Source: Candidatus Daviesbacteria bacterium | GTDB taxonomy: Bacteria > Patescibacteriota > Microgenomatia > Daviesbacterales > UBA10151 | Direction: 5' to 3' | Assembly: GCA_016176405.1 (NCBI GenBank) | Contig: JACOXG010000011.1 | Location: 1 to 63,277 of the forward strand | DNA: 63,277 nt | Part shown: positions 1-9,801 of the stretch, in pieces | Layout: each line of letters opens with the position of its first letter | How positions within the stretch are numbered: position 1 is the stretch's first letter | Program-made: the position numbers and the translations under genes | The notes under the pieces: model-generated | Seen by the model: only the letters and a program-made list of their open reading frames with translations | What the model was told of the DNA's origin: nothing | Databases searched by the model: none

Positions 1-439
1 ATATTTTCTCCTTAGAATAATATACAGTTCTTTCAGCTGACCGACTGTCTCCGCTGCCATCAAAAACCGCCACGCTGATATTATTAACCCCTTCATCCAG
101 TTCTAAAACTGTGGAAAAATTTCCCTCTACAGAGGATTTAATGATCACATCTTGTGTCTCAGTCATGATTAAAACATTGGAGGATGGAGCACTCTTGCCC
201 GAAATTACCACCGATGGATCAAACACCAATAAATTATCCTCCGGCTGTTCCAGTTCCAGCCTTAAACTTTTGGGAGCGGCAGTAACTGGTTCTCCCTTTT
301 TCAGATAACCTCGATCAGCGGCTGTCTGAATATTAACCAGATAATGAAGATATCCTAAAAAGAGAAGACTAAGGATAAAAATAATCAGTTGGGCCAACAG
401 AAACTGTTTGGTAGATAATTTTTTAGTCAATTTGAGCAT
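1..439 (-). CDS. hypothetical membrane-anchored protein, C-terminal part cut by window edge
   Basis: Not in ORF track. Hand translation of the reverse strand from ATG (complement of 437-439) gives MLKLTKKLSTKQFLLAQLIIFILSLLFLGYL..., open to position 1. N-terminal TM helix. Confidence 0.55.
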   Translation of the reverse strand, partial: MLKLTKKLSTKQFLLAQLIIFILSLLFLGYLHYLVNIQTAADRGYLKKGEPVTAAPKSLRLELEQPEDNLLVFDPSVVISGKSAPSSNVLIMTETQDVIIKSSVEGNFSTVLELDEGVNNISVAVFDGSGDSRSAERTVYYSKEKI

Positions 440-500
440 TGAAGCTATTCTACCATATTGTCTCACCGCAAAAATTTTGGTAGGATTGTTCCTTGCTCCC

Positions 501-1154
501 ATGGATATCTATTGGTATGGCCAAGCCTGTTTTAAGTTGAAAGGTAAATCAACCACCATTGTGATTGACCCGTTTAGTCCTGAATTTACTGGTTTGAAAA
601 AACCTAAAGATTTAGAAGCAGATGCTATTTTAGTCACCCATGAGCATGAAGATCATAATTTCACTGATTTGGTGGCTCCCAAAGAGGGGATGATGGTGTT
701 TAGCCGTCCTGGTGAATATGAGGTGAGTGGTGCGGTGATTACTGGCATAGACTCCTTTCATGATGAATCTTTGGGTTCACAGCGCGGTTCAAATACCATT
801 TTTCATTTAATGATGGATGGATTAAATATTGTGCATTTGGGAGATCTGGGTCAAAGTAAGTTGAGCGAAGAGCAACTGACTCAGATTGGGGATGCAGATA
901 TTTTGCTGACCCCGGTAGGCTCAATCTATACTATTGATGCCAAGGCAGCCTCGGATATTGTAGCCCAGCTGGAACCAAAAATTATCATCCCCATGCATTA
1001 TTTGATTGAGGGTTTAAAGTTCCAATTAGAGGGCGTGGATAAATTTTTGAAAGAAATGGGAGTGGAAGGGGTGGTCCCACAACCCAAGTTATCCATTACA
1101 AAAGAAAAATTGCCTGAAGAACCACAGGTGATTTTGCTTGCAAAATCATCCTGA
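501..1154 (+). CDS. MBL-fold metallo-hydrolase (UPF0173-like)
   Basis: HEHEDH metal motif. MDIYWYGQACFKLKG start is typical of the family. ATG 501 is preferred because 408-500 overlaps the divergent gene at 1-439. Confidence 0.8.
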   Translation: MDIYWYGQACFKLKGKSTTIVIDPFSPEFTGLKKPKDLEADAILVTHEHEDHNFTDLVAPKEGMMVFSRPGEYEVSGAVITGIDSFHDESLGSQRGSNTIFHLMMDGLNIVHLGDLGQSKLSEEQLTQIGDADILLTPVGSIYTIDAKAASDIVAQLEPKIIIPMHYLIEGLKFQLEGVDKFLKEMGVEGVVPQPKLSITKEKLPEEPQVILLAKSS

Positions 1155-1174
1155 GCGATTAGCGAAGGATCTGG
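1146..1174 (+). repeat. single copy of the GTCATCCTGAGCG..CGAAGGATC repeat family
   Basis: TCATCCTGAGCGATTAGCGAAGGATCTGG overlaps the stop codon of the MBL gene. Related copies at 25102, 25149, 26830, 27149, 42071, 42115, 45529 and 57000. Confidence 0.7.
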
Positions 1175-1187
1175 AACATTTAAGAAT

Positions 1188-2546
1188 ATGGCACAAGCTA
1201 CCAAACTTCCGCCCCAAAATATAGATGCTGAGCAATCCCTGTTGGGAGCTTTGCTTATTGATAAAGATGCCATTGTTCGGGTATCAGAGGTTTTGCATCC
1301 CTCCAACTTTTACAGAAGCGAGCAACATGGCCCAATTTATGAAGTCATCCAAAAATTGTTTGATCGACGCGAGCCAATTGATCTGATCACTGTTACTGAA
1401 GAGTTAAAAAGAGAAGGTTTTTACGATAAGGTAGGTGGAGCAGCCTATCTGACCACCTTGGTTAATATTGTGCCAACCTCTGCTCATATTGAGCATTATG
1501 CCAAGATTGTCAAAGATCATGCTGTCAGGAGAGCTTTAATTTCTCAAGCTACCCAACTGATTGAGAAAGCCTATAATGAACAAGAGGCAGTGGAGGAATT
1601 GTTGGAAGGGGCTGAGGCAGCCATCTTTTCTCTATCTCAACAACACGTCAGCCGCGACTTTTTACCCATTAAAGATGCCTTAACAGAATCTTTTGATAGA
1701 TTGGATGAATTACAAAAATCTTCTGGAAAACTTCGGGGAGTACCCACTGGTTTTAGGGATTTGGATAATAAGCTGGCTGGCATGCAGGATTCTAACCTTT
1801 TAATTTTGGCTTCCCGCCCAGGTCAAGGAAAAACTAGTATGGCCTTAAATATTGCCCAGCATGTGGCAGTTAATGCTACTCTCCCGGTGGGAATTTTTTC
1901 TTTGGAGATGAGCCAGGAGGAGTTGGTGGATAGATTGTTGGTAGGACAAGCTGATATTGATGCTTGGAAGCTAAAAACAGGTAGATTAGATGAGAAGGAT
2001 TTTGACAGGCTGTCTTTGGCCATGGGAGAGTTGGCTGAGGCACCTATTTTTATTGATGATACTCCTGGTATTTCTATTTCTGAGATGAGAACTAAGGCCA
2101 GAAGATTGCAGGTTGAACATGGTTTGAAACTGCTGATAGTGGATTATTTGCAGCTGATCAGGGGCAGAAATTTGGAAAATCGGGTTCAGGAAGTTTCAGA
2201 AATTTCCCAGCAGCTAAAAAATCTGGCTAGAGAATTAAAGATTCCGGTTCTGGCCATTTCTCAACTGTCCCGGGCAGTGGAACAAAGAGGTACCAGAAAG
2301 CCACAGCTGGCGGATTTAAGGGAATCTGGAGCTATTGAGCAGGATGCAGATGTGGTGATGTTTATCTGGAGGGAAGATTCGGAGAAACCGGAACTGGTGA
2401 CTTTGGATATTCAAAAACACAGAAATGGCCCAACAGGAGAAATTCAATTATTCTTTCATGCAGAAAGAGTCAGGTTTCATGGTATGGAAAAACAACGCGG
2501 CCGACCTCCCAAAGAAGAAGAAACTAAGGAAGCTGCAGCAGCCTAA
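1188..2546 (+). CDS. dnaB: replicative DNA helicase DnaB
   Basis: PPQNIDAEQSLLGALL N-terminus, Walker A GQGKTSMALNIA, full-length 452 aa with no intein. Confidence 0.95.
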   Translation: MAQATKLPPQNIDAEQSLLGALLIDKDAIVRVSEVLHPSNFYRSEQHGPIYEVIQKLFDRREPIDLITVTEELKREGFYDKVGGAAYLTTLVNIVPTSAHIEHYAKIVKDHAVRRALISQATQLIEKAYNEQEAVEELLEGAEAAIFSLSQQHVSRDFLPIKDALTESFDRLDELQKSSGKLRGVPTGFRDLDNKLAGMQDSNLLILASRPGQGKTSMALNIAQHVAVNATLPVGIFSLEMSQEELVDRLLVGQADIDAWKLKTGRLDEKDFDRLSLAMGELAEAPIFIDDTPGISISEMRTKARRLQVEHGLKLLIVDYLQLIRGRNLENRVQEVSEISQQLKNLARELKIPVLAISQLSRAVEQRGTRKPQLADLRESGAIEQDADVVMFIWREDSEKPELVTLDIQKHRNGPTGEIQLFFHAERVRFHGMEKQRGRPPKEEETKEAAAA

Positions 2547-2550
2547 ATTG

Positions 2551-2634
2551 TGCCGAGAGAGGGAGTCGAACCCACATGAGGTTTGCCCTCAAAGGTTTTT
2601 GAGACCTTCGCGTCTACCATTCCGCCACCTCGGC
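2551..2634 (-). tRNA. tRNA-Leu (anticodon CAA), long variable arm, CCA not encoded
   Basis: Reverse complement GCCGAGGTGGCGGAATGGTAGACGC..AAGGTCTCAAAAACCTT..GGGTTCGACTCCC..TCTCGGCA folds as a cloverleaf. Anticodon loop is CTCAAAA. There is one T-T mismatch in the T stem. Confidence 0.85.
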
Positions 2635-2699
2635 TTGGAGCTCATTATATCAATTGTAAAATGAATAGGAAAGTAAAAGAAAGTAAAGAAAGGTAATAG

Positions 2700-2724
2700 A
2701 CAAATTTCCTCCGATCGTGGTAAA
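2700..2724 (+). repeat. direct repeat copy 1 (ACAAATTTCCTCCGATCGTGGTAAA)
   Basis: 22/25 identical to 3251-3275; ends 11 nt before ATG 2736. Confidence 0.7.
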
Positions 2725-2735
2725 GTTGTCTACTA

Positions 2736-3251
2736 ATGGCGGCACCACCGAGTAAACGCAAAACTCTGACTAATATAATCCTTTTAATTCTTGAGAAATC
2801 AGTCGATGGCACAGTGAGAATAAATGACTTTCTCAACAATCCTAGTTTTTATGCTTACAAAGGAGGCTGGGACTATCCTCTTAAAAAGAGTTCTTTAGCT
2901 AGAACAGTCAAAAGACTCAGAGAGAATGGTTTGATCGATTTTATCAGCGATCAGGAATTGCTTATTAGATTGACTGATGAGGGTAGGGATAGAGCATTAT
3001 GGGAAAAGGTGAGGTCTGAAAATACAAAATGGGATGGGAAGTGGAGACTGGTGATTTGGGATGTTCCAGAAAAAAGAAGGCAAGCAAGAGATTTACTTCG
3101 GTATAAACTTAAACAACTGGGCTTTAAACAGTGGCAGCAAAGTGTCTGGGCTACCAAAGTAAACTGTACAAAACTCTTAAGAGATTTTATTAGGAAGGTA
3201 GGGATAGAGGACTGGGTGATGGTAGTAGAATCTGATAATGTGGGATTGTAA
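2736..3251 (+). CDS. PaaX-like transcriptional regulator (C-terminal PaaX-type domain)
   Basis: WDGKWRLVIWDVPEKRRQARDLLRYKLKQLGFKQWQQSVW matches the PaaX-family signature as I recall it. Confidence 0.65.
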   Translation: MAAPPSKRKTLTNIILLILEKSVDGTVRINDFLNNPSFYAYKGGWDYPLKKSSLARTVKRLRENGLIDFISDQELLIRLTDEGRDRALWEKVRSENTKWDGKWRLVIWDVPEKRRQARDLLRYKLKQLGFKQWQQSVWATKVNCTKLLRDFIRKVGIEDWVMVVESDNVGL

Positions 3252-3275
3252 CAAATTTCCTCCGGCCGTGGGAAA
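3251..3275 (+). repeat. direct repeat copy 2 (ACAAATTTCCTCCGGCCGTGGGAAA)
   Basis: Starts at the last base of the PaaX-like stop codon; 22/25 identical to 2700-2724. Confidence 0.7.
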
Positions 3276-3293
3276 AATGAAATTTTGAGATAA

Positions 3294-3728
3294 TTAAACT
3301 TTAGGAGATAAATTACGTGTGACTAGTCTCACCACCATGTATAGAGCTCTAAGGATTGTTGAATACATTTCTGGGTTAGGTTTTCCGTCTTCAGAAAAGT
3401 AATCAGGGAAATTAATTTCCAAGTCCCTCTTAAATGCGAGAGTTTCAGTTAGTATTGTGTGAAATTCTGGAAATTCTCCATTCTGCAATAAAAAAACGTT
3501 CTCGAGTCTTCCCACAGGTCTGCCTGCTGAATCAACTCTAACTGTTCTTTCACCAAACTGTCTGGTTGTCCAAGGAGCAGATTCGATTCTAGGGCGAGGA
3601 ATTCGTTTATGCCAAAGAGCAACAGATGTTTCTCTGTATATATCAAAATCATCTCTTTCTGTACGTACCTCAGTAAATGAATGAGAATATTCTCCTATTG
3701 AGCGTTCTCTAATCTCTTCACGCAACAT
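3294..3728 (-). CDS. hypothetical protein, no recognisable motif
   Basis: 144-aa ORF with no better competing frame. Confidence 0.5.
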   Translation of the reverse strand: MLREEIRERSIGEYSHSFTEVRTERDDFDIYRETSVALWHKRIPRPRIESAPWTTRQFGERTVRVDSAGRPVGRLENVFLLQNGEFPEFHTILTETLAFKRDLEINFPDYFSEDGKPNPEMYSTILRALYMVVRLVTRNLSPKV

Positions 3729-3824
3729 ATGTGTAGAATTATATACCTTTTAAATTTGAAAGTCAACTTATAGTAATAATTGTGTAGGATAGACAAAATA
3801 ATAGCAATTGAGTATAAATAGTGC

Positions 3825-6374
3825 ATGCAAAACCCACATAGATTACCTGCTCATGTTAGGCCTGAGAGATATAAAATTATGCTTAAGCCTGATTTGGAAA
3901 ATTTTATTTTTGAAGGTGAAGAGACTATTTACCTTGTGTTGGAAAAGCCCACTAAGCAAATTACCTTACATTCAGCTGATTTGGAAATAATTTCTGCAGA
4001 ATGGATCCATAAAACCAAAGAAGTTTGGGCAGGTAAGATCTCATATAACAAAGAGGGGGAGACTGCCACATTTACTTTCCCTAAAAATTTGGAGCCTGGA
4101 AAGGGTGAATTAAGGTTGAAGTTTAGGGGAATCTTAACTGATAAAATGAGGGGTTTTTATAGGAGTAAATATACTCATGAAGGAGTTGATAAACACTTAT
4201 CTGTTACCCAATTTGAAGCAACGGATGCTCGTCGTGCTTTTCCTTGTTTTGATGAGCCATCTCAAAAAGCTATTTTTGATGTAACTTTAATGATTCCTTC
4301 TCACACAGTGGCTATCTCAAATACCATTGAGTCCAGCATAAAAGAACATGAATCAGGTATAAAAATTGTGGAGTTTGAGCCTACTCCTACAATGAGTACT
4401 TATCTTTTGGCTTTTATTGTGGGGGAGTTTGAGTACATCGAAGGGAAAAGCGGAAAGGGGAAAGCGGTAAGGGTCTTCACTACGCCTGGCAAAAAAGAGC
4501 AAGGCAGTTTTGCTTTGGAGGTGGCCATAAAATGTTTGGACTTTTACGAAGAATACTTCGGAATAGACTATCCCTTGCCAGTTTTAGATTTAATTGCCAT
4601 TCCTGATTTTGCCTCAGGAGCCATGGAAAATTGGGGAGCAGTCACTTATAGGGAATCAACCCTGTTAATTGATGAAGAAAAATCATCTTTGGGTAATAAA
4701 CAATGGGTAGGGATGGTAATAGCACATGAATTAGCTCATCAGTGGTTTGGCAATTTAGTGACTATGGAGTGGTGGACACATCTTTGGTTAAATGAGGGAT
4801 TTGCTTCTTTTATAGAGTATTTAGCAATAGATCACATATTCCCAAGTTGGGATATTTGGACTCAATTTGTCTCATCTGAGATGGGCACAGCCTATTCTCT
4901 AGATGCTTTGAAAAATACCCATCCTATTGAGGTAGAGGTGGGGCATCCGGCAGAGATTTCTGAGATTTTTGATAAGGTTTCTTATTCAAAGGGAGCATCT
5001 ATTTTAAGAATGCTTCATGAATATTTAGGGCCAAAAGATTTTAGGGATGGATTAAGGCATTATTTAAAAAAACATTCCTATTCTAATGCTCAAACAGAGG
5101 ATTTATGGAAATCTTTAGAAGAAGTTTCAGGAAAACCAGTTTCTAAAGTGATGAGGAATTGGACCTCAAAACCTGGGCACCCAGTAATTATAGTAGTTGA
5201 TAGTGGGAAAGATTTAAAACTAACACAATCTAGATTTTTTTCCAGCCCAATTTCTAAAAAAGAAAGTAAAGATAAAACTGTCTGGAGTATTCCTATAAGT
5301 ACCAAGTACCAAAATTCAAGTACCAAACAAATTCTAATGGACCAAAAATCAATAGTAATTCCAGATAAAGGAGAAAAATTAAACTTAGGAGAAGCTTCTT
5401 TTGTTAGAGTTGATTATCCACATCAGTATTTAAAGAAGTTAGAAAAAGAGGTGAAAAGTGGAAAGTTGTCAGCTCCAGATAGGTTGGGGTTAATCAGGGA
5501 TAGTTTTAGTTTAGCTCAAGCAGGGGATTCTCCAACAACTTTAGCTTTGGAGTTAGCTCAAAGTTATGTTGATGAGGAAGATTACACTGTTTGGGCAGAG
5601 CTGACAGGCCAGCTAAGTCAGCTAGACAGCCTTCTTGCTTATGAGTCCTTTTATAACAATTATAAAATTTATAACAGATATATTTACCAAAGAATTGCTA
5701 AAAAAATGGCATGGAATAAAAAGCCTCATGAGAAGCATACAGATGCACTTTTAAGAGGAATGGTACTTTATAAATTGGGAAGCTATGGGGATAAAGAAAC
5801 AGTTGAAATGGCTCAGAAATTGTGGAAGAGCGGGGAAAAGGTGGATCCAGATTTGAAGGGAGTAGTTTATAACTTGGTGGCTGAAAATGGAGCAGAGAGT
5901 GAGTGGAGCAGTTTAGTTAAAATGTATAAAGAAGAAGATAATCAGCAGGAAAAAGACAGATTAGGTAGAGCATTAGGGCTTTTTAAGAATAAAACTCTTC
6001 TTAAAAAAACTTTGGAGTTTGCAATTTCTAAACATGTTAGATTTCAAAGTGCTTTGGGGATAATTTCTTCTGTTTGGGGAAATCCAAAGGGTAGATATTT
6101 AGCCTGGGAGTTTGTTAAAAAGAATTGGAAGTTACTTAAGGAAAGATATGCAGGAGGACATTATTTTACTAGAGTTTTTGGACCAGCCACAGAGTTTACC
6201 AAAGTTTCTGATGCTAGGGATATTGAGAGGTTTACCACCAAAAACCCAATTCCTGAGGCTAAAAGAACTATAGCTCAGGCTTTAGAGCAAATTTATTCAA
6301 ATAGTGAGTGGCTGAGGCGGGATAGAGCCGCGGTTAAAAAGTTTTTAGAAAAATTTGTGCCTGAAAGGATCTAA
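3825..6374 (+). CDS. pepN: M1-family aminopeptidase N with ERAP1-like C-terminal domain
   Basis: GAMEN exopeptidase motif and HELAHQWFGNLVTMEWW..WLNEGFA (HEXXH-18-E) zinc site. Confidence 0.93.
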   Translation: MQNPHRLPAHVRPERYKIMLKPDLENFIFEGEETIYLVLEKPTKQITLHSADLEIISAEWIHKTKEVWAGKISYNKEGETATFTFPKNLEPGKGELRLKFRGILTDKMRGFYRSKYTHEGVDKHLSVTQFEATDARRAFPCFDEPSQKAIFDVTLMIPSHTVAISNTIESSIKEHESGIKIVEFEPTPTMSTYLLAFIVGEFEYIEGKSGKGKAVRVFTTPGKKEQGSFALEVAIKCLDFYEEYFGIDYPLPVLDLIAIPDFASGAMENWGAVTYRESTLLIDEEKSSLGNKQWVGMVIAHELAHQWFGNLVTMEWWTHLWLNEGFASFIEYLAIDHIFPSWDIWTQFVSSEMGTAYSLDALKNTHPIEVEVGHPAEISEIFDKVSYSKGASILRMLHEYLGPKDFRDGLRHYLKKHSYSNAQTEDLWKSLEEVSGKPVSKVMRNWTSKPGHPVIIVVDSGKDLKLTQSRFFSSPISKKESKDKTVWSIPISTKYQNSSTKQILMDQKSIVIPDKGEKLNLGEASFVRVDYPHQYLKKLEKEVKSGKLSAPDRLGLIRDSFSLAQAGDSPTTLALELAQSYVDEEDYTVWAELTGQLSQLDSLLAYESFYNNYKIYNRYIYQRIAKKMAWNKKPHEKHTDALLRGMVLYKLGSYGDKETVEMAQKLWKSGEKVDPDLKGVVYNLVAENGAESEWSSLVKMYKEEDNQQEKDRLGRALGLFKNKTLLKKTLEFAISKHVRFQSALGIISSVWGNPKGRYLAWEFVKKNWKLLKERYAGGHYFTRVFGPATEFTKVSDARDIERFTTKNPIPEAKRTIAQALEQIYSNSEWLRRDRAAVKKFLEKFVPERI

Positions 6375-6489
6375 AAATCCGCAGGTGCAGCTACAGTTTC
6401 ACCCCAAGGGTGCAATCAGGGTGCAATCACAAGGGTGTAATCATGCCCTTTGTGTCAATGCAAGTAGGATAATTGAAAAAATCCCTAGG

Positions 6490-6789
6490 TTACCTATCTA
6501 AAATCTGTTTTAGAAATAAATAAACTAAGGCCGCCAACCCAATTATAATATAAACTAGTATTCCAATTGAACGTCCCCTATTATAATCTGGCTTGTCCAT
6601 TTGTTCTCGGTTTGCCAAATAATGCCATATGAAAAGTGGTATAAGAATTAATGTAGGTAATAGGTATACCAAATATGACAAGTTTCGATTACCCTTAAAA
6701 GCCTCTCCAAATGAAATGATAAGGATTGCTGGTAACGTAAGAACATTGAAAAAAATTGACAAAAGAATATAAACAAACAAATTTTTCAT
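6490..6789 (-). CDS. small integral membrane protein
   Basis: 99 aa with three hydrophobic helices. Confidence 0.5.
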   Translation of the reverse strand: MKNLFVYILLSIFFNVLTLPAILIISFGEAFKGNRNLSYLVYLLPTLILIPLFIWHYLANREQMDKPDYNRGRSIGILVYIIIGLAALVYLFLKQILDR

Positions 6790-6854
6790 TCTTATTAATT
6801 ATATATTTATTTTCATTACTAAAAGCAAATAATTTATGATAGAATTCCTTGATT

Positions 6855-7418
6855 ATGGCACTTAATGTAACTGAGTTAAGAAATGGTACTGTTTATAAAG
6901 AAGGCAATAATTTGCTTCAAGTTCTCACATATGAACATGTGAAGGTGGGCAGAGGTTCTGGGAATATTAAAGTTAAAGTTAAAAATTTAAGATCAGGAAG
7001 TATAGTTGAGAAATCCTTTATTACTGGAGCAAGGGTAGAGGAGGCAAATGTGGAAAAGAAAAAAGCTCAGTTCCTTTATAAGGATGGAGATACATTTAAC
7101 TTCATGGACGGTATATCTTTTGAGCAGTTCTCATTATCCTTATCTGTTTTAGGTGAGCAAGCTAAATATTTAAAAGATGGGTTAGAGGTAATCTTAATAG
7201 TTTCAGAGGGGGAAGCTTTAGGTTTGGAACTTCCTAATAGCTTAGTGTATGAAATAGCTGAAACTGGTCCAGGTGAAAGGGGCAATACTGTTTCGAATGT
7301 TTACAAAGAAGCAACTTTAGAAAATGGATTAGTAGTAAAGGTGCCTATGTTTATGAAAGTGGGGGAAAAGGTGAAGATTGATACTAGGTCTGGGGAATAT
7401 GTAGAGCGGGTTAAATGA
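6855..7418 (+). CDS. efp: translation elongation factor P
   Basis: MALNVTELRNGTVY..KVGRGSGNIKVKVKNLRSG, three-domain length. ATG 6855 preferred over TTG 6849. Confidence 0.93.
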   Translation: MALNVTELRNGTVYKEGNNLLQVLTYEHVKVGRGSGNIKVKVKNLRSGSIVEKSFITGARVEEANVEKKKAQFLYKDGDTFNFMDGISFEQFSLSLSVLGEQAKYLKDGLEVILIVSEGEALGLELPNSLVYEIAETGPGERGNTVSNVYKEATLENGLVVKVPMFMKVGEKVKIDTRSGEYVERVK

Positions 7419-7420
7419 TT

Positions 7421-7487
7421 TATGAGATATGAAATATGATTTATGATTAAACTCATAAATCCTAAATCATTGTTCATAAATCATGTA
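7421..7487. repeat. heptamer-periodic hairpin spacer (TATGANN)x4 - AAAC - (TCATNNN)x5
   Basis: Read directly: tatgaga tatgaaa tatgatt tatgatt aaac tcataaa tcctaaa tcattgt tcataaa tcatgta. Confidence 0.8.
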
Positions 7488-7498
7488 TAATCAAATTT

Positions 7499-8392
7499 AT
7501 GAGTAAAAAGATTACAAAAGCCCTCATTCCCGCCGCAGGCTTCGGAACGCGCTTCTTGCCACAAACTAAGGCCATGCCTAAGGAAATGATGCCTTTGGTG
7601 GATAAACCTATCATCCAAAGAGTGGTGGAAGAGTTAGTTGATGCAGGAATAGAAACAATCGTCATTATCACTGGTTGGAATAAAAGATCTATTGAGGACC
7701 ATTTTGATAATAATTTTGAACTTGAGGAAAGATTACAAGAAGCGGGTAAAACTGATGCTTTGGAAGAAGTAAGAAGAATCTCAGATCTGGCTGAATTTGT
7801 TTACATTAGACAAAAAGGACCAGAAGGAAATGCCACCCCTATTTTAAATGCCAAACATATTATGAGAGATGATCCTTTTTTGGTTTTTTTTGGAGATGAT
7901 TTTGTGGATGCAGAGCCTAGTAGGGCCAAACAAGTGATTGCAGCCTATGAAAAATATGATTCGACTATTTTTAGTGGTGTTAGAGCCAGGGAAGATGAGG
8001 ATTATCAAAAGTATGGTTTTGCAGCAGGCCAAAATGTTAATGGACGTGTCATAAAATTGGAAAAAATAATAGAAAAACCAGGTTCCAAAGAGACTTCACC
8101 TTCTGATTTGGCTATAGTTTCAGGCTATCTTTATACTCCTGAAATTTACAAACATTTGGAAAAGGCTCTGGCTAATCTGAAAGAGGGAGAGGAACTTGTT
8201 TATACCATGGGTGTCCAAAGCATGATAGATGCTGGTATACCAGTTCATGCAGTAGAACTGGAGAATGCTATTTATAGAGATACTGGTAATAAGTTAGAAT
8301 ATCTCAAAACACTAATTGAATATGGTAAAGAACATCCGGAAATAGGGGAAGAGTTCCAAAAATATCTTAAGTCTTTAGTGAACAAATCTTAA
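7499..8392 (+). CDS. galU: UTP--glucose-1-phosphate uridylyltransferase
   Basis: ALIPAAGFGTRFLPQTKAMPKEMMPLVDKPIIQ nucleotidyltransferase signature. Confidence 0.9.
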   Translation: MSKKITKALIPAAGFGTRFLPQTKAMPKEMMPLVDKPIIQRVVEELVDAGIETIVIITGWNKRSIEDHFDNNFELEERLQEAGKTDALEEVRRISDLAEFVYIRQKGPEGNATPILNAKHIMRDDPFLVFFGDDFVDAEPSRAKQVIAAYEKYDSTIFSGVRAREDEDYQKYGFAAGQNVNGRVIKLEKIIEKPGSKETSPSDLAIVSGYLYTPEIYKHLEKALANLKEGEELVYTMGVQSMIDAGIPVHAVELENAIYRDTGNKLEYLKTLIEYGKEHPEIGEEFQKYLKSLVNKS

Positions 8393-8815
8393 GGCAAAAA
8401 CTAGACCTCCCACCGTGACTGCTTGAGTGACAATTCCCCAAGGTAATTTAGCTTTTCCATTAATATCATGTTGAAACTTATAAAAGGTGGAAAAAGGGAA
8501 CTTCCATCCCCAAAGAAGATATGGCATCTGCATTAAATCCCAAACCTCAGACATAAAAATGGCTGATATTAAGTAAACTGGTTCAGTGGATCTGCCAAAT
8601 AAAAGAAAGGCCAAAGTCAAACCAAAGATTAAATCAAAGGAAGATTGGACAAATAATTTAAATTTGGTCTTTTTCTTCCAGCCCCAGCCAAAATCCCAGT
8701 GAGGCACCATATCAGCAATTGGGTGGGATAGAGCAGCTAAGGGTAAACCAATTGAGGGATTAGAAATGGAGGCAGCAATGGCTCCTCCAATAAGGGCATG
8801 GGCTGTTGCAGTCAT
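8375..8815 (-). CDS. hypothetical integral membrane protein
   Basis: 146 aa, four or more hydrophobic segments; 3' end overlaps galU by 18 nt. Confidence 0.55.
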   Translation of the reverse strand: MTATAHALIGGAIAASISNPSIGLPLAALSHPIADMVPHWDFGWGWKKKTKFKLFVQSSFDLIFGLTLAFLLFGRSTEPVYLISAIFMSEVWDLMQMPYLLWGWKFPFSTFYKFQHDINGKAKLPWGIVTQAVTVGGLVFALRFVH

Positions 8816-8883
8816 TCGTCATTACAGTGTATCATGTTTTGTCAATTTGATTCAACTAAATATGTATGGTAGGCTAGTTACTT

Positions 8884-9801
8884 ATGTTTCCGGTGCTCTT
8901 GGCGATAGATGGATTTTCTCTCTCCTCTTTTGGAGTATTTTTGGCAGCTGGATTTATTTTTGGAGTCTTTTTGGTCTGGAGGCTCTCCCGTGCCTGGGAT
9001 TTAAATGAGGAAAAAGTTTTAGATTTAACTTTATTAACATTTTTAGGCGGACTAGTCACTTCCAGAATTTATTTTGCTTTAGAACATTGGCAATTCTTTT
9101 TTCCCAATATTTTGAATCTAATTTTGGTCCTAAAAAATCCGGGATTTTCCTTTTGGGGAGGATTTCTAGGCGGTTGGCTGAGCTTGTATTTTTTTGCCAG
9201 AAAATTCAGGATAGATTTTTGGCAAGTGGCAGACATTGCCGCAGTCGGGTTTTTGGGAGGCTTAATTTTTGCCCAAATTGGCTGCTTTTTGGGAGGCTGT
9301 GATATTGGCATTGTGCAAAAAGGGTTTTTATCAGTTTCTATGGTAGGAGCTATTGGGAGTAGGTTTCCCATCCAAATATTTGAAGCAGCAGTTTTATTTT
9401 TGATTTTGCGAAAAATTTGGGCCAAAGCCACCCATTTTCATCAAAGAGGTCAAATCATTTCCCTGACCTTAATTTCCATCGGGATAGTGAAACTGTTGGC
9501 CTTACCCTGGAAAGAAAGAGCTCAGCTGGAATTTATATTTCCTCTGATTTTGCTCATTTTAGGCATCATCATCTTCTATAAAATGCAGCCCACAAGAACT
9601 CCTTTATCCGATTTTAAAAATCTGGGCAAATTTGTTTGGGGACTTTTCAGCAATGGGGAAGTCAGAGAAAAGGTAGTTATTAACATTAAAAAAAGTTGGT
9701 ATAATCAAAGGGTTAATTTGGTTTGGAAAGTTAAAAGTTTGATTAAACTATTAAGGAGGCTAAATGTTAGATCTTCCCCAAAAAACACTGCAAACTATTA
9801 G
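8884..9801 (+). CDS. lgt: prolipoprotein diacylglyceryl transferase-like
   Basis: Polytopic membrane protein. The FGVFLAAGFIFGVFLVWR N-terminus and glycine-rich helices are typical of Lgt. Basic C-terminal tail. Confidence 0.72.
   Translation: MFPVLLAIDGFSLSSFGVFLAAGFIFGVFLVWRLSRAWDLNEEKVLDLTLLTFLGGLVTSRIYFALEHWQFFFPNILNLILVLKNPGFSFWGGFLGGWLSLYFFARKFRIDFWQVADIAAVGFLGGLIFAQIGCFLGGCDIGIVQKGFLSVSMVGAIGSRFPIQIFEAAVLFLILRKIWAKATHFHQRGQIISLTLISIGIVKLLALPWKERAQLEFIFPLILLILGIIIFYKMQPTRTPLSDFKNLGKFVWGLFSNGEVREKVVINIKKSWYNQRVNLVWKVKSLIKLLRRLNVRSSPKNTANY

Noticed and set aside
111-308. 65-aa plus-strand ORF at the window start
   Set aside because: It is antisense to a longer open frame on the minus strand (1-439), which has an ATG and an N-terminal TM helix.
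408-500. N-terminal extension of the MBL-fold gene from GTG 408
   Set aside because: The extension overlaps the divergent gene's 5' end and adds a hydrophobic segment not typical of the family. ATG 501 gives the canonical N-terminus.
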